The notes under the pieces: model-generated
What the model was told of the DNA's origin: nothing
Seen by the model: the letters and a program-made list of their open reading frames with translations, nothing else
Databases searched by the model: none
Position numbers and translations under genes: made by a program
Part shown: one piece after another, positions 19,864 through 30,334 of the stretch
Numbering within the stretch: position 1 is the first letter of the stretch
Layout of the letters: every line of letters begins with the position of its first letter
DNA from: an uncultured delta proteobacterium
GTDB taxonomy: Bacteria; Myxococcota_A; Polyangia; Polyangiales; Polyangiaceae
Length of the DNA stretch: 64,000 bases
Reading direction: 5' to 3'
Assembly (NCBI GenBank): GCA_963850305.1
Contig: CAWKKR010000001.1
Span: forward strand, 96,001-160,000

Positions 19864-22572
19864 GTGGCCGTCGTCGGCATCGACCTTGGAACGACGAACA
19901 CCGTGGTCGGCATTGCCCGCGACGGACAGGTCAGGGCCATCCGCGATCCGGATGGCGAATATCTCATCCCTTCGGTCGTCTCGTTTCATCCGTCCGGCAA
20001 CATCCTGGTCGGACGCGCCGCAAAAGAACGTCGTGTCATAGACGCCGCGAACACCATTTATTCGATCAAGAGGCTCATCGGACGCAGCTGGAACTCAGAA
20101 GAGGTTGCGCATGCACGCGCACGCTTCCCGTTCGAAATGCGGGAGGGGCCGGGTCAGGCAGCGCTGGTCGTGGCGCGCACGGAGACGTTCACTTTGCCGG
20201 AGATCAGCGCCTTCGTCCTTCGGCATGCCAAGGCAGTCGCCGAAAAGAGCCTGGGCGAGCCCGTGGAACGCGCGGTCATCACGGTTCCCGCAAACTTCAA
20301 CGATCTCCAACGAGCGGCAACCAAGGTTGCCGGACGCGTCGCCGGACTCGAAGTCTTGAGAATCCTGAACGAACCCACGGCCGCCGCGCTGGCGTACGGA
20401 TACGGCAAGGGGAAAGGCGAGCGCATAGCAATCTACGACTTCGGAGGGGGCACCTTCGACGTCACCTTGCTGGATCTGTCAGGGAACGTTTTCGAAGTTT
20501 TGGCCACAGCCGGCAACACGTTCCTCGGCGGCGACGACGTCGACGTCGCGATCGCGGAGCGCATGGCTAACTCGTGTCTCGAGCGGCATCGCGTGGACGC
20601 GCGGGCGGATGCTCAGATCTTCGAACGTCTTCGCTACTACGCCGAGCAACTCAAGGTGGAGCTCTCGTCCGCGACCGAAGCGACCATCGACGTACCGGAT
20701 ATTGGTCACGACGCGAGCGGCAGGCCGATCCGGTTTTCGTTTGCGATGACTCGCGCCGAGCTCGATGCCCTCGCCGAGCCGATGGTGGCTCGCACGTTCG
20801 AAGTCTGCCAGGAGGCCATGAGCGTGGCGCGGCTCACACCAGAAAAGTTCGATCAGGTGGTCTTGGTGGGAGGTTCGACTCGTTTGCCGATAGTACGCCA
20901 CCGCGTTCTCGAACATTTCCACCGCGAGCCTCTCGACCGGATCAACCCAGACGAGGTCGTCGCAATCGGGGCCGCGATCCAGGCGAACGCACTCACCGGG
21001 CAGGAAAAGCGACGGAGTGTCATTCCGCGACCGCCCATGCCGGCCGCCCGCGCCGGCGATGACCGAAAGTCGCAGCCGCCGGCACGAGCCCGAAGCACCA
21101 ATCCCTTCTCGCCGAGTCCGCAGGGGCTCGCCCGGCCGAGCGACGCCAAGGTCGACGACCCGAGCGCGGGTCAACGCCGTCGGGTGATCACGGGCATGGG
21201 GCTAGGGCCTTCTCGTTCGTCGCGACCCCCGCCGTTGCCGGAGCGGAAGGGCGCGTCGAAGAAAAGAGGAGGGACGTGGGGCGGAGTCGGTGGCCCTTCC
21301 CCGTCCTTGCCCAAGCCCGGACAGACACTGCCAGAAGGGAGCGGCCATCGAGCGCCGACCTTCGACGAGGACCGGAAGTCGGAAGGGCTGCGGCGCACGA
21401 TTAGCTCGCGACCTGGCGCGCTCGACGAGCCCGGAAAGCCGATTAGCTCGCGACCCGACGCGCACGAGGCGCCGCGGAAACGCATGGGGTCGAGGCCCGA
21501 TGCGACGGAGTCAAGGTTCGACCTCGCCGACGAGCCGCTCACTGCCCCGATCGATCGGGGATTCGATCTCCCGACCCCTACCGTCCCGATACTTCCGGAC
21601 GACGAGATGACGACGGTCGGCTCGGCGCCGTTGGGCGGTGTCAATCACGAGGCGCCGACGCTCGATGGTTCCTGGGGTGCCGTCCCCGAGGAAGACGGCA
21701 GCGACGACGAGGTGACGTCGGCCGACCTACGGTTCGACAAGCTGCGACTACCCGCCCTGCCGCCGGCCAAGACGGACCTAGGTGGAACGCGCGTAGGCCT
21801 CGCGCCTCCGATCGAGGTCACGAGCCCGAAGGCTGGCGCGAGCGCAACTCCGCGCGGAGCTTCGGAGACGAACGGGGTCGACGACCAACCCAAAGCGGGC
21901 AGCCAAGGGCCGATAGGGGTACCGAGCCGACCCCATCCGACACGGAGCGGCCCGGCAGCGAACGAGCCTCCTGCGGATCTCGGCTTCGCACGCACCACCA
22001 TGCCGGAGACGCCACTCATCGCGAGGGGGCAGGCGGCTCTGCCGGTGAAGCCGCCGCTGGAACCCCGGATTGAACGAAACGCTGCGACGTTCACGTCTGC
22101 GACTCCCGACGCGCACCGGTTGTCCTTTTCCGAGGCGCCTGTCTCGCCAAGGCCCGTGCTACCGCTTCTCGTCGACGTTACTCCCCTCAGTCTGTGCGTG
22201 GAGACGGTACGCGGCTTTCATGACGTTATCATCGCGCGCAATACGCCCGTTCCCTGCGAACAGTCTCGCACCTTCGTCACGGCAACACACGGCCAAGAGA
22301 CGGTCCTCGTCCGCGTTGGCCAGGGAGAGGGCTCGCGTTTCGCGGAGAACACGCTCCTGGGCGAGGTGGAACTCTCCGGCCTCAGGCAGGCGACGCGCGG
22401 TGAAGTGCACATCGTCGTGACGTTCTCCCTCGACACCGACGGCGTGCTGAACGTGAAGGCAGCCGACGCCGAGACCGGCAAGGCCGCAACCGCACGCCTG
22501 AAGTTGGTCGGGCTGCCCGATGCGGAAGAAGTGGGCCGCATGACCGCACGCCACCTGCAGCGAACGCTATGA
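19864..22572 (+). CDS. Atypical Hsp70/DnaK-family protein with long Pro-rich insertion
   Basis: [54 protein letters not shown] and the SBD-beta domain follow a low-complexity insert. Confidence 0.9.
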   Translation: MAVVGIDLGTTNTVVGIARDGQVRAIRDPDGEYLIPSVVSFHPSGNILVGRAAKERRVIDAANTIYSIKRLIGRSWNSEEVAHARARFPFEMREGPGQAALVVARTETFTLPEISAFVLRHAKAVAEKSLGEPVERAVITVPANFNDLQRAATKVAGRVAGLEVLRILNEPTAAALAYGYGKGKGERIAIYDFGGGTFDVTLLDLSGNVFEVLATAGNTFLGGDDVDVAIAERMANSCLERHRVDARADAQIFERLRYYAEQLKVELSSATEATIDVPDIGHDASGRPIRFSFAMTRAELDALAEPMVARTFEVCQEAMSVARLTPEKFDQVVLVGGSTRLPIVRHRVLEHFHREPLDRINPDEVVAIGAAIQANALTGQEKRRSVIPRPPMPAARAGDDRKSQPPARARSTNPFSPSPQGLARPSDAKVDDPSAGQRRRVITGMGLGPSRSSRPPPLPERKGASKKRGGTWGGVGGPSPSLPKPGQTLPEGSGHRAPTFDEDRKSEGLRRTISSRPGALDEPGKPISSRPDAHEAPRKRMGSRPDATESRFDLADEPLTAPIDRGFDLPTPTVPILPDDEMTTVGSAPLGGVNHEAPTLDGSWGAVPEEDGSDDEVTSADLRFDKLRLPALPPAKTDLGGTRVGLAPPIEVTSPKAGASATPRGASETNGVDDQPKAGSQGPIGVPSRPHPTRSGPAANEPPADLGFARTTMPETPLIARGQAALPVKPPLEPRIERNAATFTSATPDAHRLSFSEAPVSPRPVLPLLVDVTPLSLCVETVRGFHDVIIARNTPVPCEQSRTFVTATHGQETVLVRVGQGEGSRFAENTLLGEVELSGLRQATRGEVHIVVTFSLDTDGVLNVKAADAETGKAATARLKLVGLPDAEEVGRMTARHLQRTL

Positions 22573-23109
22573 GCACGGCGAAAGAAGAGCTAGAACGCCT
22601 GAGAGCGTGGGCCGAGGTGCTCGACGACTCGAGCTACTACGAATTGCTCGGCGTGCTCGACCTCGCTGATGGGGACGCCATCAAGACCGCGTTTCACGAG
22701 TTCGCCCTCGCGTTTCATCCGGACATTCACGTCGGGGGAACCGAGGAGACCAAGCACGTTGCCCGATGCGTTTTCCGGCGCGGAGCGGAAGCCTACCGCG
22801 TGCTGTCCGATCCGGCGCTCCGAGCCGAAATACGATCTCGCGCTCGCCGGAGGGTACTTGAGGCTCGTGGCCGGCGAACCGACGAGCCGCGCGCACGGCA
22901 AGGTCGCTCTCCAGTCGCTCGAAGACATTTGTAAAACTCCGGCGGCAAGGTCGTCGGCCAGGCGAGCTGACGACCTCATCGGGCAGGGGCGGCTTTCCGA
23001 AGCCCGGGCGGTGCTCAAGGACGCGCTCAGCCAGGAGGGTTATGAGAATCCGATCTTGGAGGACCGCATCGAGGCGCTCGACCTAGCGATCTTTGCGACC
23101 GGCGGCTAG
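22569..23109 (+). CDS. J-domain (DnaJ-like) protein, apparent frameshift at ~22828-22830
   Basis: [19 protein letters not shown]; removing one A from GAAAT joins RAE to YDLAL and continues in ORF 22669..23109. Confidence 0.85.
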
Positions 23110-23199
23110 CGCATTGCGTTATACTCAACGGTTTGCGGACCTGGCACCCAAAGGCCGGGTTACCGGCTTCGGTCGCTACGCCCCCTCATTAAGGCACTG

Positions 23200-23211
23200 A
23201 TATAATTATAT
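23200..23211. promoter_or_regulatory. Perfect AT-only palindrome ATATAATTATAT in an AT-rich intergenic region
   Basis: 12-bp palindrome upstream of the 23378 CDS, in a GC-rich context. Confidence 0.4.
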
Positions 23212-23377
23212 ATTTTCATGCTGGAAAAGCAGGCTTCTGCGACAGAAGAGAAGAAGGGCGCGAGCACCGAGGCGCGAGCATGATAGACCGGCACTTCACT
23301 TAGAATGTAATCTGCATTCGGGTCCTGTTGAACGATCGCCCCGTTCGAGCTCGGACGGGCTTTGACCAAGGGTCGCT

Positions 23378-24730
23378 GTGAAGCTCTCCTGCCCCTCCTG
23401 TGCCGCCAAGTACTCCATCGCCGACGAGAAGGTTCAAGACCGACTCGCGAAGATTCGCTGCCGAAAGTGCAGCGCGACGATCATCGTCGACGGAAAAGTG
23501 GATCCGCCCAACGTCTACACTTCGGACACCGGCGCGGCTCCCGCTGCTGACTACGGGGACGGCGGCAACGACACCGGTGCCGGCGAATACTCGGTCGACT
23601 TCGGCGACAACGATCAGCGGTCGATGAGTCTCGACGACATCGTGCGCGCGTATCGCCGCGGGGAAATAACCGCGGACATGTACGTCTGGGCCGAAGGCAT
23701 GAGCGACTGGACGCCGATCTCGTCGGTGCCTGACATCATGGACGCACTCGGCGGCGGCGCACCCACCGCGGCAGCTCGGCAGGCCGCGCGCACCGGTGCC
23801 GGACGAGGCTCGGCGACCGATCTCTTCGGCGGAATCGATCGCGCGGGCAGTGAGGAAGACGTCATGACCAGCGCGCCGCACGGGCAAGCGGCGGCCGGCC
23901 TGGCCACTGGTGCACGGAACGAGTCGTCGGTGCTCTTCTCGCTGAGCGCGCTCACGGCGTCGGCACCCGCAGCGACGGCGCCCGCGCGCAGTGCCGTCGC
24001 GTCGGACGTCAAGGGTGACGACTCGGGCTTGATCGATCTCAAGGCACTCACCTCCACCGTCGGGAGCCAGCCGCCCCCCGGCCCGCTCGGGCTCGGCTCG
24101 GCGCCACTCGGACTCGGAGCGGCACCGCTCGGCATGGCCGCCCCGCTGGGCGGCATGACTGCGCCCGCCATGGCCGTCGACGGTCCGCTTCCAAGACCAC
24201 AGAGCAGCAAGACCGGTCTCTACATCGGGGGCGCGCTCGTCATTGTCGGCGCGCTCATTGCGGGCGCGATCGTCCTCAAACCGAGGGACGTCCCGAGCGC
24301 CGCAGCACCCCCTCCTGCCACAGCGCCCGTGGCCGTTGCGGCGACGGCGGCGCCCACGACCGAAGCCAAGAAAGACGAACCCACCGCCCAGCCTCCGGCA
24401 ACGGGCACCGCAGCAGTTGCCGACGCCCCCAAGGAGACCGCCGCGAAAGTGGCCGCCGCACCGTCGCATCACGCGCACTACGAGGGCAGGCCGCATTCCA
24501 GCGGGAGCAGCAAGAGTTCCGAGAGTTCATCGGGAAGCAGCAAGAGTTCCGAAACCTCGGGCTCCTCAAGTGGATCATCTGCCGCGTTCTCGGGCGGTTC
24601 GAACACGAGCGCGTCGAGCGGCAGTTCGGATTCGAGCGGTGGCGAGAAGAAGCACCACAAGAAGAAGGAAAAGAGCTGCAATTGCTCTCCTGGCGACCTC
24701 ATGTGCGCCATGCAGTGTGCGGCCAACTGA
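23378..24730 (+). CDS. Zinc-ribbon (MJ0042-type) + GYF_2 bitopic protein, AgmX/GltJ-like N-terminus
   Basis: CPSC..CRKC, YVWAEGMSDW, RNESSVLFSL, DDSGLIDL, TM segment, Ser-rich linker, C-terminal CNCSPGDLMCAMQC. Confidence 0.8.
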   Translation: MKLSCPSCAAKYSIADEKVQDRLAKIRCRKCSATIIVDGKVDPPNVYTSDTGAAPAADYGDGGNDTGAGEYSVDFGDNDQRSMSLDDIVRAYRRGEITADMYVWAEGMSDWTPISSVPDIMDALGGGAPTAAARQAARTGAGRGSATDLFGGIDRAGSEEDVMTSAPHGQAAAGLATGARNESSVLFSLSALTASAPAATAPARSAVASDVKGDDSGLIDLKALTSTVGSQPPPGPLGLGSAPLGLGAAPLGMAAPLGGMTAPAMAVDGPLPRPQSSKTGLYIGGALVIVGALIAGAIVLKPRDVPSAAAPPPATAPVAVAATAAPTTEAKKDEPTAQPPATGTAAVADAPKETAAKVAAAPSHHAHYEGRPHSSGSSKSSESSSGSSKSSETSGSSSGSSAAFSGGSNTSASSGSSDSSGGEKKHHKKKEKSCNCSPGDLMCAMQCAAN

Positions 24731-24746
24731 AGTCCTTCAGCTCAGC

Positions 24747-27197
24747 TCAGAACGCGAGCGGCGCTGGAACCGCCAGCCGAACGGGTCCGGCTGGCGCCGC
24801 GAATTCGTAAACGCTGCCTCGACGATCGGTGAGACCGAGTCGCACGAACCCGTCGGCACGAACGAGGGCGAAAGGAGCGAGCGGCGCCGGCTCGGATTCG
24901 CCCTCCGGGACGACATAAACGCTCAGGGGCGCAAACTTGGATGGTAGCGGGGCGCTCGAATCCGCGCAGTACGCCGCGACGGATGTCGTGCCCTCCTCGA
25001 CGGCGCATCGCGAAAGCGCGGCCGCATCTTGCCGGACATCGAGAGACGGAACGGTGTGGATCAATCGAGCCGCTTCTCGTCGGACGAGGACGGCTGGGTC
25101 GCGTGCGAGCAGCGAGCGTTCCGCGGATGGACATCGCGATCGTGACGCGAGAAGCCCCGCGAGGGCGTTCACGCGCACGTACTCCCGATCCGAATCCAGC
25201 GACGCGCATAGTTGCTTCGTGACGGGGACTCCGCGGGCGCCCAGACGTCCGAGCGAAGCTGCGGAATCTCCGCCCACGGCGACATTGGTGTCGAAAAGCA
25301 AGCTCGCGATGAGGGGCACTTGCTCGGCGCCCCCAGCAGCTCCGAGCGACCAGACAGCGTTGGCGCGCACCGATGCATCGTTATCCCGGGCCAGCAGGAG
25401 GAGAGTCGTCAGCGCTTCCGGATGAGCGGCGAGCGCCTCCGCGATCTTCGCGCGCGTCGGAGTATCGGCCCCGGGAAGCAGTCGGATGAGTGCGTCGCTT
25501 CCGAGCGCACCCCCGACGGCTCCCAGCGCCTCGATCAACGCATCTGCATCTGCTCCGGTCGCAACAGGGATGAGGGAAAGGGCCCGATTCACGACGCGGC
25601 GGTCCTCCGTGGCGGACAGAGCGCCGACGAGCGCGACGCCGATCGCACCTCGATCCTGGTCGGCGGAACGCTCGAAGCGATCCAGCAGAAGACCCGCTGT
25701 GGCCGCCGACGCAGTCCGCCGCAGGGATAGCGCGGCGGCGCGTCGAACCGCAGCGTGTTCGTCGTCAAGAGCAGCAAGCAAGGGAGCATCCTGCCCGGAC
25801 CGACCGAGAAACCCCAGCGCCTGAATGGCGACGAGCCGGAGCGAAGTATCCGTCGCGTCGCGTGTCAGTGCGGAAAGGACGGGGATCGCCCGAGGTGAAC
25901 CCGTCCGCCCGAGGAGCGCGACGAGCGAGGCTCGCTCCGCGCGACGCGCGTGGGCGGCGTCTAGCGCCCGAAGAATGGGCTCCACGGCACGTCCGTCCGG
26001 GACCTCCGGCTCGAGAAGCGCCGTGGCGGCGTCGACGGCCGCGTGCCGTACGCGCGGGTCGTCCGAGCGGAGGGACTCGAGCACGAGACCGAGTTCCCTC
26101 GAATCACGCGAGCGGCCGATCGCATCGAGAGCAATCTCGGTTTTCACGGCGCCGCGCCGCAGGCCGTCGGCGACCGCGTCGACTGCAGCCTGTGTTCCGA
26201 TCTCGCCCAAGGCGAGCACGCATCCATCCGTCCGATCGAACGCCGATCGAACTCGAACGCATTCGATCAGAGTCGGCACGGCCCGGTCCCCGGCATGCAC
26301 GAGAGCCGCCCGACCCGGCGATGCCGCGCGCGGATCGTCCCCTCGAAGCGTTTGCACCAGAGCATCGAGCCCCGCTTGTGACGGGATGCTGCCGAGTGCC
26401 GCCAGCGCAGCCTGACGGACGAGTGGCCGCCGCTCCTCCGCGAGGAGCGCAACGATGGTGCCCACGGCTTCCTCGGCATGCAGGCGACTTAGCGCCGTCA
26501 GCACGGCGATGCGCACGTTCTCGTCGGGGTCGCGTAACATGAGGGTCAGCGCACTCGCAGCACGCGCATCCCCGAGTTCGCCAAGTGCCATCGCGACGCT
26601 CCGGCGCACGCCAGGTCTTGGGTCCTGACTCTTCCCAACGAGGGGGACGACAGCTCCGAGATCCCCGATACGCGCGAGCGCGGTGGTCACGGCCTCGCGA
26701 ACGTCCGCGTCGGTGTCGTCGAGGCGCCCCAGTAGAGGCACCACCGCACTCTTTGCGCCGGATGCCCCGAGCGCGCGAGCGGCGGCGACGCGAACGGAGG
26801 GCTCTTGGTCGCCGAGAATTCTTCCGAGCGCGCCTACGGCGTCATTCACTGGATCGCGAGCCAGGGCGGCGGCGGCGGCGCGGCGGATGCGGGCATCGGG
26901 ATCGCCCAACCACGAAATGACACGCCGTCCGAGTCCATCGACCCGATCTTCGATGAGCGCGTCGAGCGCTGCGATACGAACGTCGGGATCCGGATCATCG
27001 AGGGCCGGCAACGCGATGCGCCGGAGCGACGCCCGAGGCATCGCGCTGAGCCTCCGCGCGGCGTTCCGTCGCACCCCGACATCTGGCGCGGACAGATCAC
27101 GAGCGGTCGCATCGATGGTGCTCGGCCAGACGAATGCCTCCGCCCCTGGAGCTCCCAGGCAGACCGCGACGATCAAACTCGAGAGCACAAGACGCAT
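24747..27197 (-). CDS. Secreted HEAT / PBS-lyase repeat protein
   Basis: Signal peptide ending AEA; many L.D.D..VR.AA..AL repeats. Confidence 0.85.
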   Translation of the reverse strand: MRLVLSSLIVAVCLGAPGAEAFVWPSTIDATARDLSAPDVGVRRNAARRLSAMPRASLRRIALPALDDPDPDVRIAALDALIEDRVDGLGRRVISWLGDPDARIRRAAAAALARDPVNDAVGALGRILGDQEPSVRVAAARALGASGAKSAVVPLLGRLDDTDADVREAVTTALARIGDLGAVVPLVGKSQDPRPGVRRSVAMALGELGDARAASALTLMLRDPDENVRIAVLTALSRLHAEEAVGTIVALLAEERRPLVRQAALAALGSIPSQAGLDALVQTLRGDDPRAASPGRAALVHAGDRAVPTLIECVRVRSAFDRTDGCVLALGEIGTQAAVDAVADGLRRGAVKTEIALDAIGRSRDSRELGLVLESLRSDDPRVRHAAVDAATALLEPEVPDGRAVEPILRALDAAHARRAERASLVALLGRTGSPRAIPVLSALTRDATDTSLRLVAIQALGFLGRSGQDAPLLAALDDEHAAVRRAAALSLRRTASAATAGLLLDRFERSADQDRGAIGVALVGALSATEDRRVVNRALSLIPVATGADADALIEALGAVGGALGSDALIRLLPGADTPTRAKIAEALAAHPEALTTLLLLARDNDASVRANAVWSLGAAGGAEQVPLIASLLFDTNVAVGGDSAASLGRLGARGVPVTKQLCASLDSDREYVRVNALAGLLASRSRCPSAERSLLARDPAVLVRREAARLIHTVPSLDVRQDAAALSRCAVEEGTTSVAAYCADSSAPLPSKFAPLSVYVVPEGESEPAPLAPFALVRADGFVRLGLTDRRGSVYEFAAPAGPVRLAVPAPLAF

Positions 27198-27269
27198 GCG
27201 CCACGGAGCTTACATCACCACGCGGCGCGCGCTCCTCCTGCGCGCAGACGATGGCCCCGCGAGGCACCG

Positions 27270-29171
27270 CTATTCGGCGTCGCTGGGGGCGAGCGCCGCC
27301 CGCGGGGAGCTGCGGAGCATCGTCCGACGCGAGAGCACCCGTTCGAAGGCCCTGGCGCACCGGGCATTTTGCTCCTGCGTCCCTACCGTCACACGCACGA
27401 AACGCTTGGTCGCATGATGAACCTCGAGCGACCGAATCAAGATGCCCTCCGCCAACACCGATGCGACGAAATCCGCGGCTGAAGTCCCCGTCGCCGAGAT
27501 GTCCACGAGCACGAAATTGCCGTCGCTCGGCAGCACCGAGACCCCCGCAAGGGTCTCCAGCCGCGCCACGAGCTCCGCGCGCCCGGCCTTGAGCGCGTCC
27601 ACTCGGGTCTCGAATTCGGCAACGTCGTCCAGCGCAGCTTCCGCTGCCGCCAGCGTCACCGACGGAACGTTCCACGGGATCTTCACGCGCGACAGGAGCT
27701 CGATCACCGCCGAGTGACCGAGCGCGTACCCAAGCCTCATGCCCGCGAGCCCGAACGCCTTCGAGAACGTCCGCAGCAGTATCATGTTCGGGTAGTCGCG
27801 CAGAAGACGCGCGAAGCTTTGCGCATCCCCAAGCTCCACATATGCCTCGTCGACGACCGTCGGCAGACCGAGCCCCAGGATGCGCCGAAGATCGGTCTCT
27901 CCGATGCCGTTGCCGGTCGGGTTGTTCGGCGTGCAGAGGAAGACGATCTTCGTCCGCTCGGTGACGGCGCGGATGAGACTGCCCACGTCGTGATCGTGAT
28001 CGTCGGTCATCGAAACGATCACCGGAATGCCGCCGACGACCCGGGTTCTCGCTTCGTACATGCTGAACGTCGGTACACTCAGCAGCACCTCCTCGCCCGG
28101 ACCGACGAAGGTGCGAATCACCAAATCGATGAGCTCGGTCGAGCCCATCCCGAGCAGCACGTTCGACGCCTCCAGACCATCTCGCCCCGCGATCTTGGAC
28201 TTCAGGCGGGCGCCGTTCGGTGGATAGTGATTTGCGTTGGTGGCTGCGTCGACGATCGCGCGGATCACGCGCGGACTCGGCGAATATGGGCTCTCGTTCG
28301 ACATCATCCGCAGGACGTCGCCCCGCTCGGCAATGGCGAAATGTCCCTCGTTATACGGCTTCGCCGCCCGGACCCAGCTCGGCGCGAAGAGCTCCACGCT
28401 GTCGGGCTGCACGGCCCCACCGCTCCCCGGCTCGTCGCCCAGCGCGTCGCCGAACACCCGGATCATCGCCTCGGCGCGGTCCATCGCTTCGGGAGTGTCC
28501 ACGTCGATCCAGCGCGCGTCCCCGACGTCGCACGCGAAGAATGCACCCTTCGCCGCGAGCGCACGAACGCCCTCGGAAAGCGAGGCGTCGCCCATCCTGG
28601 CGACGACCTCCTCGAGCTCGCGTACGAGCGCCGGCCCGATCCGGAACACGCCCGTGTCGATCGCGTCGTATTCCGGCAGTTCCTTCCCGATCTCGGCGAT
28701 GCGTCCCTTCTGCGTCACGACCTTCGTCGCGTCGTCGAGGTCGAAGCAGCGCGCGATGTCGCGATCGACGCCCAGCGCGCATGCACCCTTCGGCAGCTCG
28801 GCCGCGAGCAGCCGGCGCGGAAGCTCTGGCGAGTAAAGGTGGTCCGACATCGTCAGCAGGCAGTCGCCGTCGATGAATTCCTTCGCTGCGAGCAGAGAGA
28901 CGCCGTTCTTGGCGTGGAAGTTCGGATTCTCGACGAAGCGAATTTCGAGTCCGAGCCCCGACGCCGTCTGAAGCGCACGTCGTACAACGTCGCCGCGATG
29001 CCCCAGCACGACGACCGCTTCTCGAATCCCGACCTCTTCGAGGGTGCGGAGGACTCTCACCAGCAACGGGATGCCGCTCACTGCACGCACCGGCTTCGGG
29101 ACCTGGCCGTTCAGCCGTGAGCCGAGCCCAGCCGCCAGTACGATCGCCCGGGTGACACGCCTGTCTCTCAT
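27270..29171 (-). CDS. Fusion of inositol-1-phosphate cytidylyltransferase (IPCT)-like domain and HisC/CobD-type PLP enzyme
   Basis: N-terminal LAAGLGSRL..PKP, NGVSLLAAK, LTMSDHLY, DDATKV, IGKEL.EYDAIDTG, WIDVD; C-terminal SNESP, PNNPTG, DEAY, RTFSKAFGLAGMRLGY. Confidence 0.85.
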   Translation of the reverse strand: MRDRRVTRAIVLAAGLGSRLNGQVPKPVRAVSGIPLLVRVLRTLEEVGIREAVVVLGHRGDVVRRALQTASGLGLEIRFVENPNFHAKNGVSLLAAKEFIDGDCLLTMSDHLYSPELPRRLLAAELPKGACALGVDRDIARCFDLDDATKVVTQKGRIAEIGKELPEYDAIDTGVFRIGPALVRELEEVVARMGDASLSEGVRALAAKGAFFACDVGDARWIDVDTPEAMDRAEAMIRVFGDALGDEPGSGGAVQPDSVELFAPSWVRAAKPYNEGHFAIAERGDVLRMMSNESPYSPSPRVIRAIVDAATNANHYPPNGARLKSKIAGRDGLEASNVLLGMGSTELIDLVIRTFVGPGEEVLLSVPTFSMYEARTRVVGGIPVIVSMTDDHDHDVGSLIRAVTERTKIVFLCTPNNPTGNGIGETDLRRILGLGLPTVVDEAYVELGDAQSFARLLRDYPNMILLRTFSKAFGLAGMRLGYALGHSAVIELLSRVKIPWNVPSVTLAAAEAALDDVAEFETRVDALKAGRAELVARLETLAGVSVLPSDGNFVLVDISATGTSAADFVASVLAEGILIRSLEVHHATKRFVRVTVGTQEQNARCARAFERVLSRRTMLRSSPRAALAPSDAE

Positions 29172-29403
29172 GGGATTCTCGCGCCCGCGACCTGGTAGCA
29201 CGCTCGTGGAAATCACGGCAAATCCTTTTCAGTTCAGATAGTTAGGTGACGGTGAAGCTGTCGCAGTCGAACCACACTGTCGTCATTTAGCTACACCAGA
29301 ACGCCCGGGACCGCGCCCCAGCGAAAGACCAGGTGTGATGCGCAAATATAATGATTTCAGTTATTTCCATGGCAAACAGGCCGGTCAACCCGGCCAGCCA
29401 TTA

Positions 29404-29420
29404 AGCAAGCCGGATGCCAA
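29404..29420 (-). promoter_or_regulatory. Sigma54 (-24/-12) promoter
   Basis: Minus strand reads TTGGCATCCGGCTTGCT: GG-N10-GC with TGGCA and TTGC, in an intergenic region and oriented toward the IPCT fusion gene. Confidence 0.7.
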
Positions 29421-29545
29421 TGCCCGGTGCGTCAACCATTTCGCACCTCGCGGTGCCGATCGCGGCTTTTCCCTGACGTCAACGTCACATGCCGCGCATG
29501 GCCGCTCGGACCCTGTTGCACCTCGGCAACACCGTGCCCGGAATG

Positions 29546-30274
29546 TCAGTGCGAAAAGAGTTCCCTCGCTTGATCCAGATCCTCGAGCGAATCCACTTCG
29601 CACCAGCGAAGCCCGGTGATGTCCACCGCCCTGACGCGTGCTCCGCGCAGGATCAGTCGGGAATACACGTCCTCGTAGTAGAGGTGGGTGTCGCCCGCGG
29701 CGCGCGCGCCGTCGAGAGCGTCAAAGAGCTCCTCGCAAGCGCTGGAGTCTATTCGCTCGATCCCGATGCTTTCGCCCCCACTCTCGGACAGCGGAATCCC
29801 TTTCCCGAAGGCGGCGATGTCCTGGCTACCACGCTCGAGACGCACCTTCATTGCCTCGTCGTCGAGCTTTCGCTCTCGGTCGACAGCAGCGGAGATGTAG
29901 GCGGAGCTCGAATTCAATCGCGAAAGAATCTCCGCGTCGAAAACGACATCGCCGTCGAGTCGAAAAAAGGAATCGCCACCGACGGCATCACGACAGAGCG
30001 CCAGCGAAACCGAGTTTTGCGTCGCCGCGTAGTCGGGATTCGGGCAAAAAGTGACCTCCAGCGACGACTCCGCGAGGGCATGTCGAAGCGCGTGCTCCTT
30101 GTAACCCGTGGCAACTACGAGCCTCGACACGCCCGCGCCGACCAGCGCGTCGACGGCTCTGGACAAAATCGTCCCGCTACCCAAGGGGACCAGAGGTTTC
30201 GGCCGGTCGTCAGTGAGCGGCCGAAGCCGGGAGCCGGTACCCGCAGCTAAGATCACGGCCAGACGAGTTGCCAT
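29546..30274 (-). CDS. LicC-like phosphocholine / phosphoalcohol cytidylyltransferase
   Basis: ILAAGTGSRLRPLTDDRPKPL, NPDY..TQNSVSL, DGDVVF, EAMKV, GESIGI, YYED, WCEVDS.EDL. Confidence 0.85.
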   Translation of the reverse strand: MATRLAVILAAGTGSRLRPLTDDRPKPLVPLGSGTILSRAVDALVGAGVSRLVVATGYKEHALRHALAESSLEVTFCPNPDYAATQNSVSLALCRDAVGGDSFFRLDGDVVFDAEILSRLNSSSAYISAAVDRERKLDDEAMKVRLERGSQDIAAFGKGIPLSESGGESIGIERIDSSACEELFDALDGARAAGDTHLYYEDVYSRLILRGARVRAVDITGLRWCEVDSLEDLDQARELFSH

Positions 30275-30334
30275 CGGGAGATGGCGCGACGATTGCACAG
30301 TCCCCGGGATCTTGATAGGAGCCCGCACGAATCC

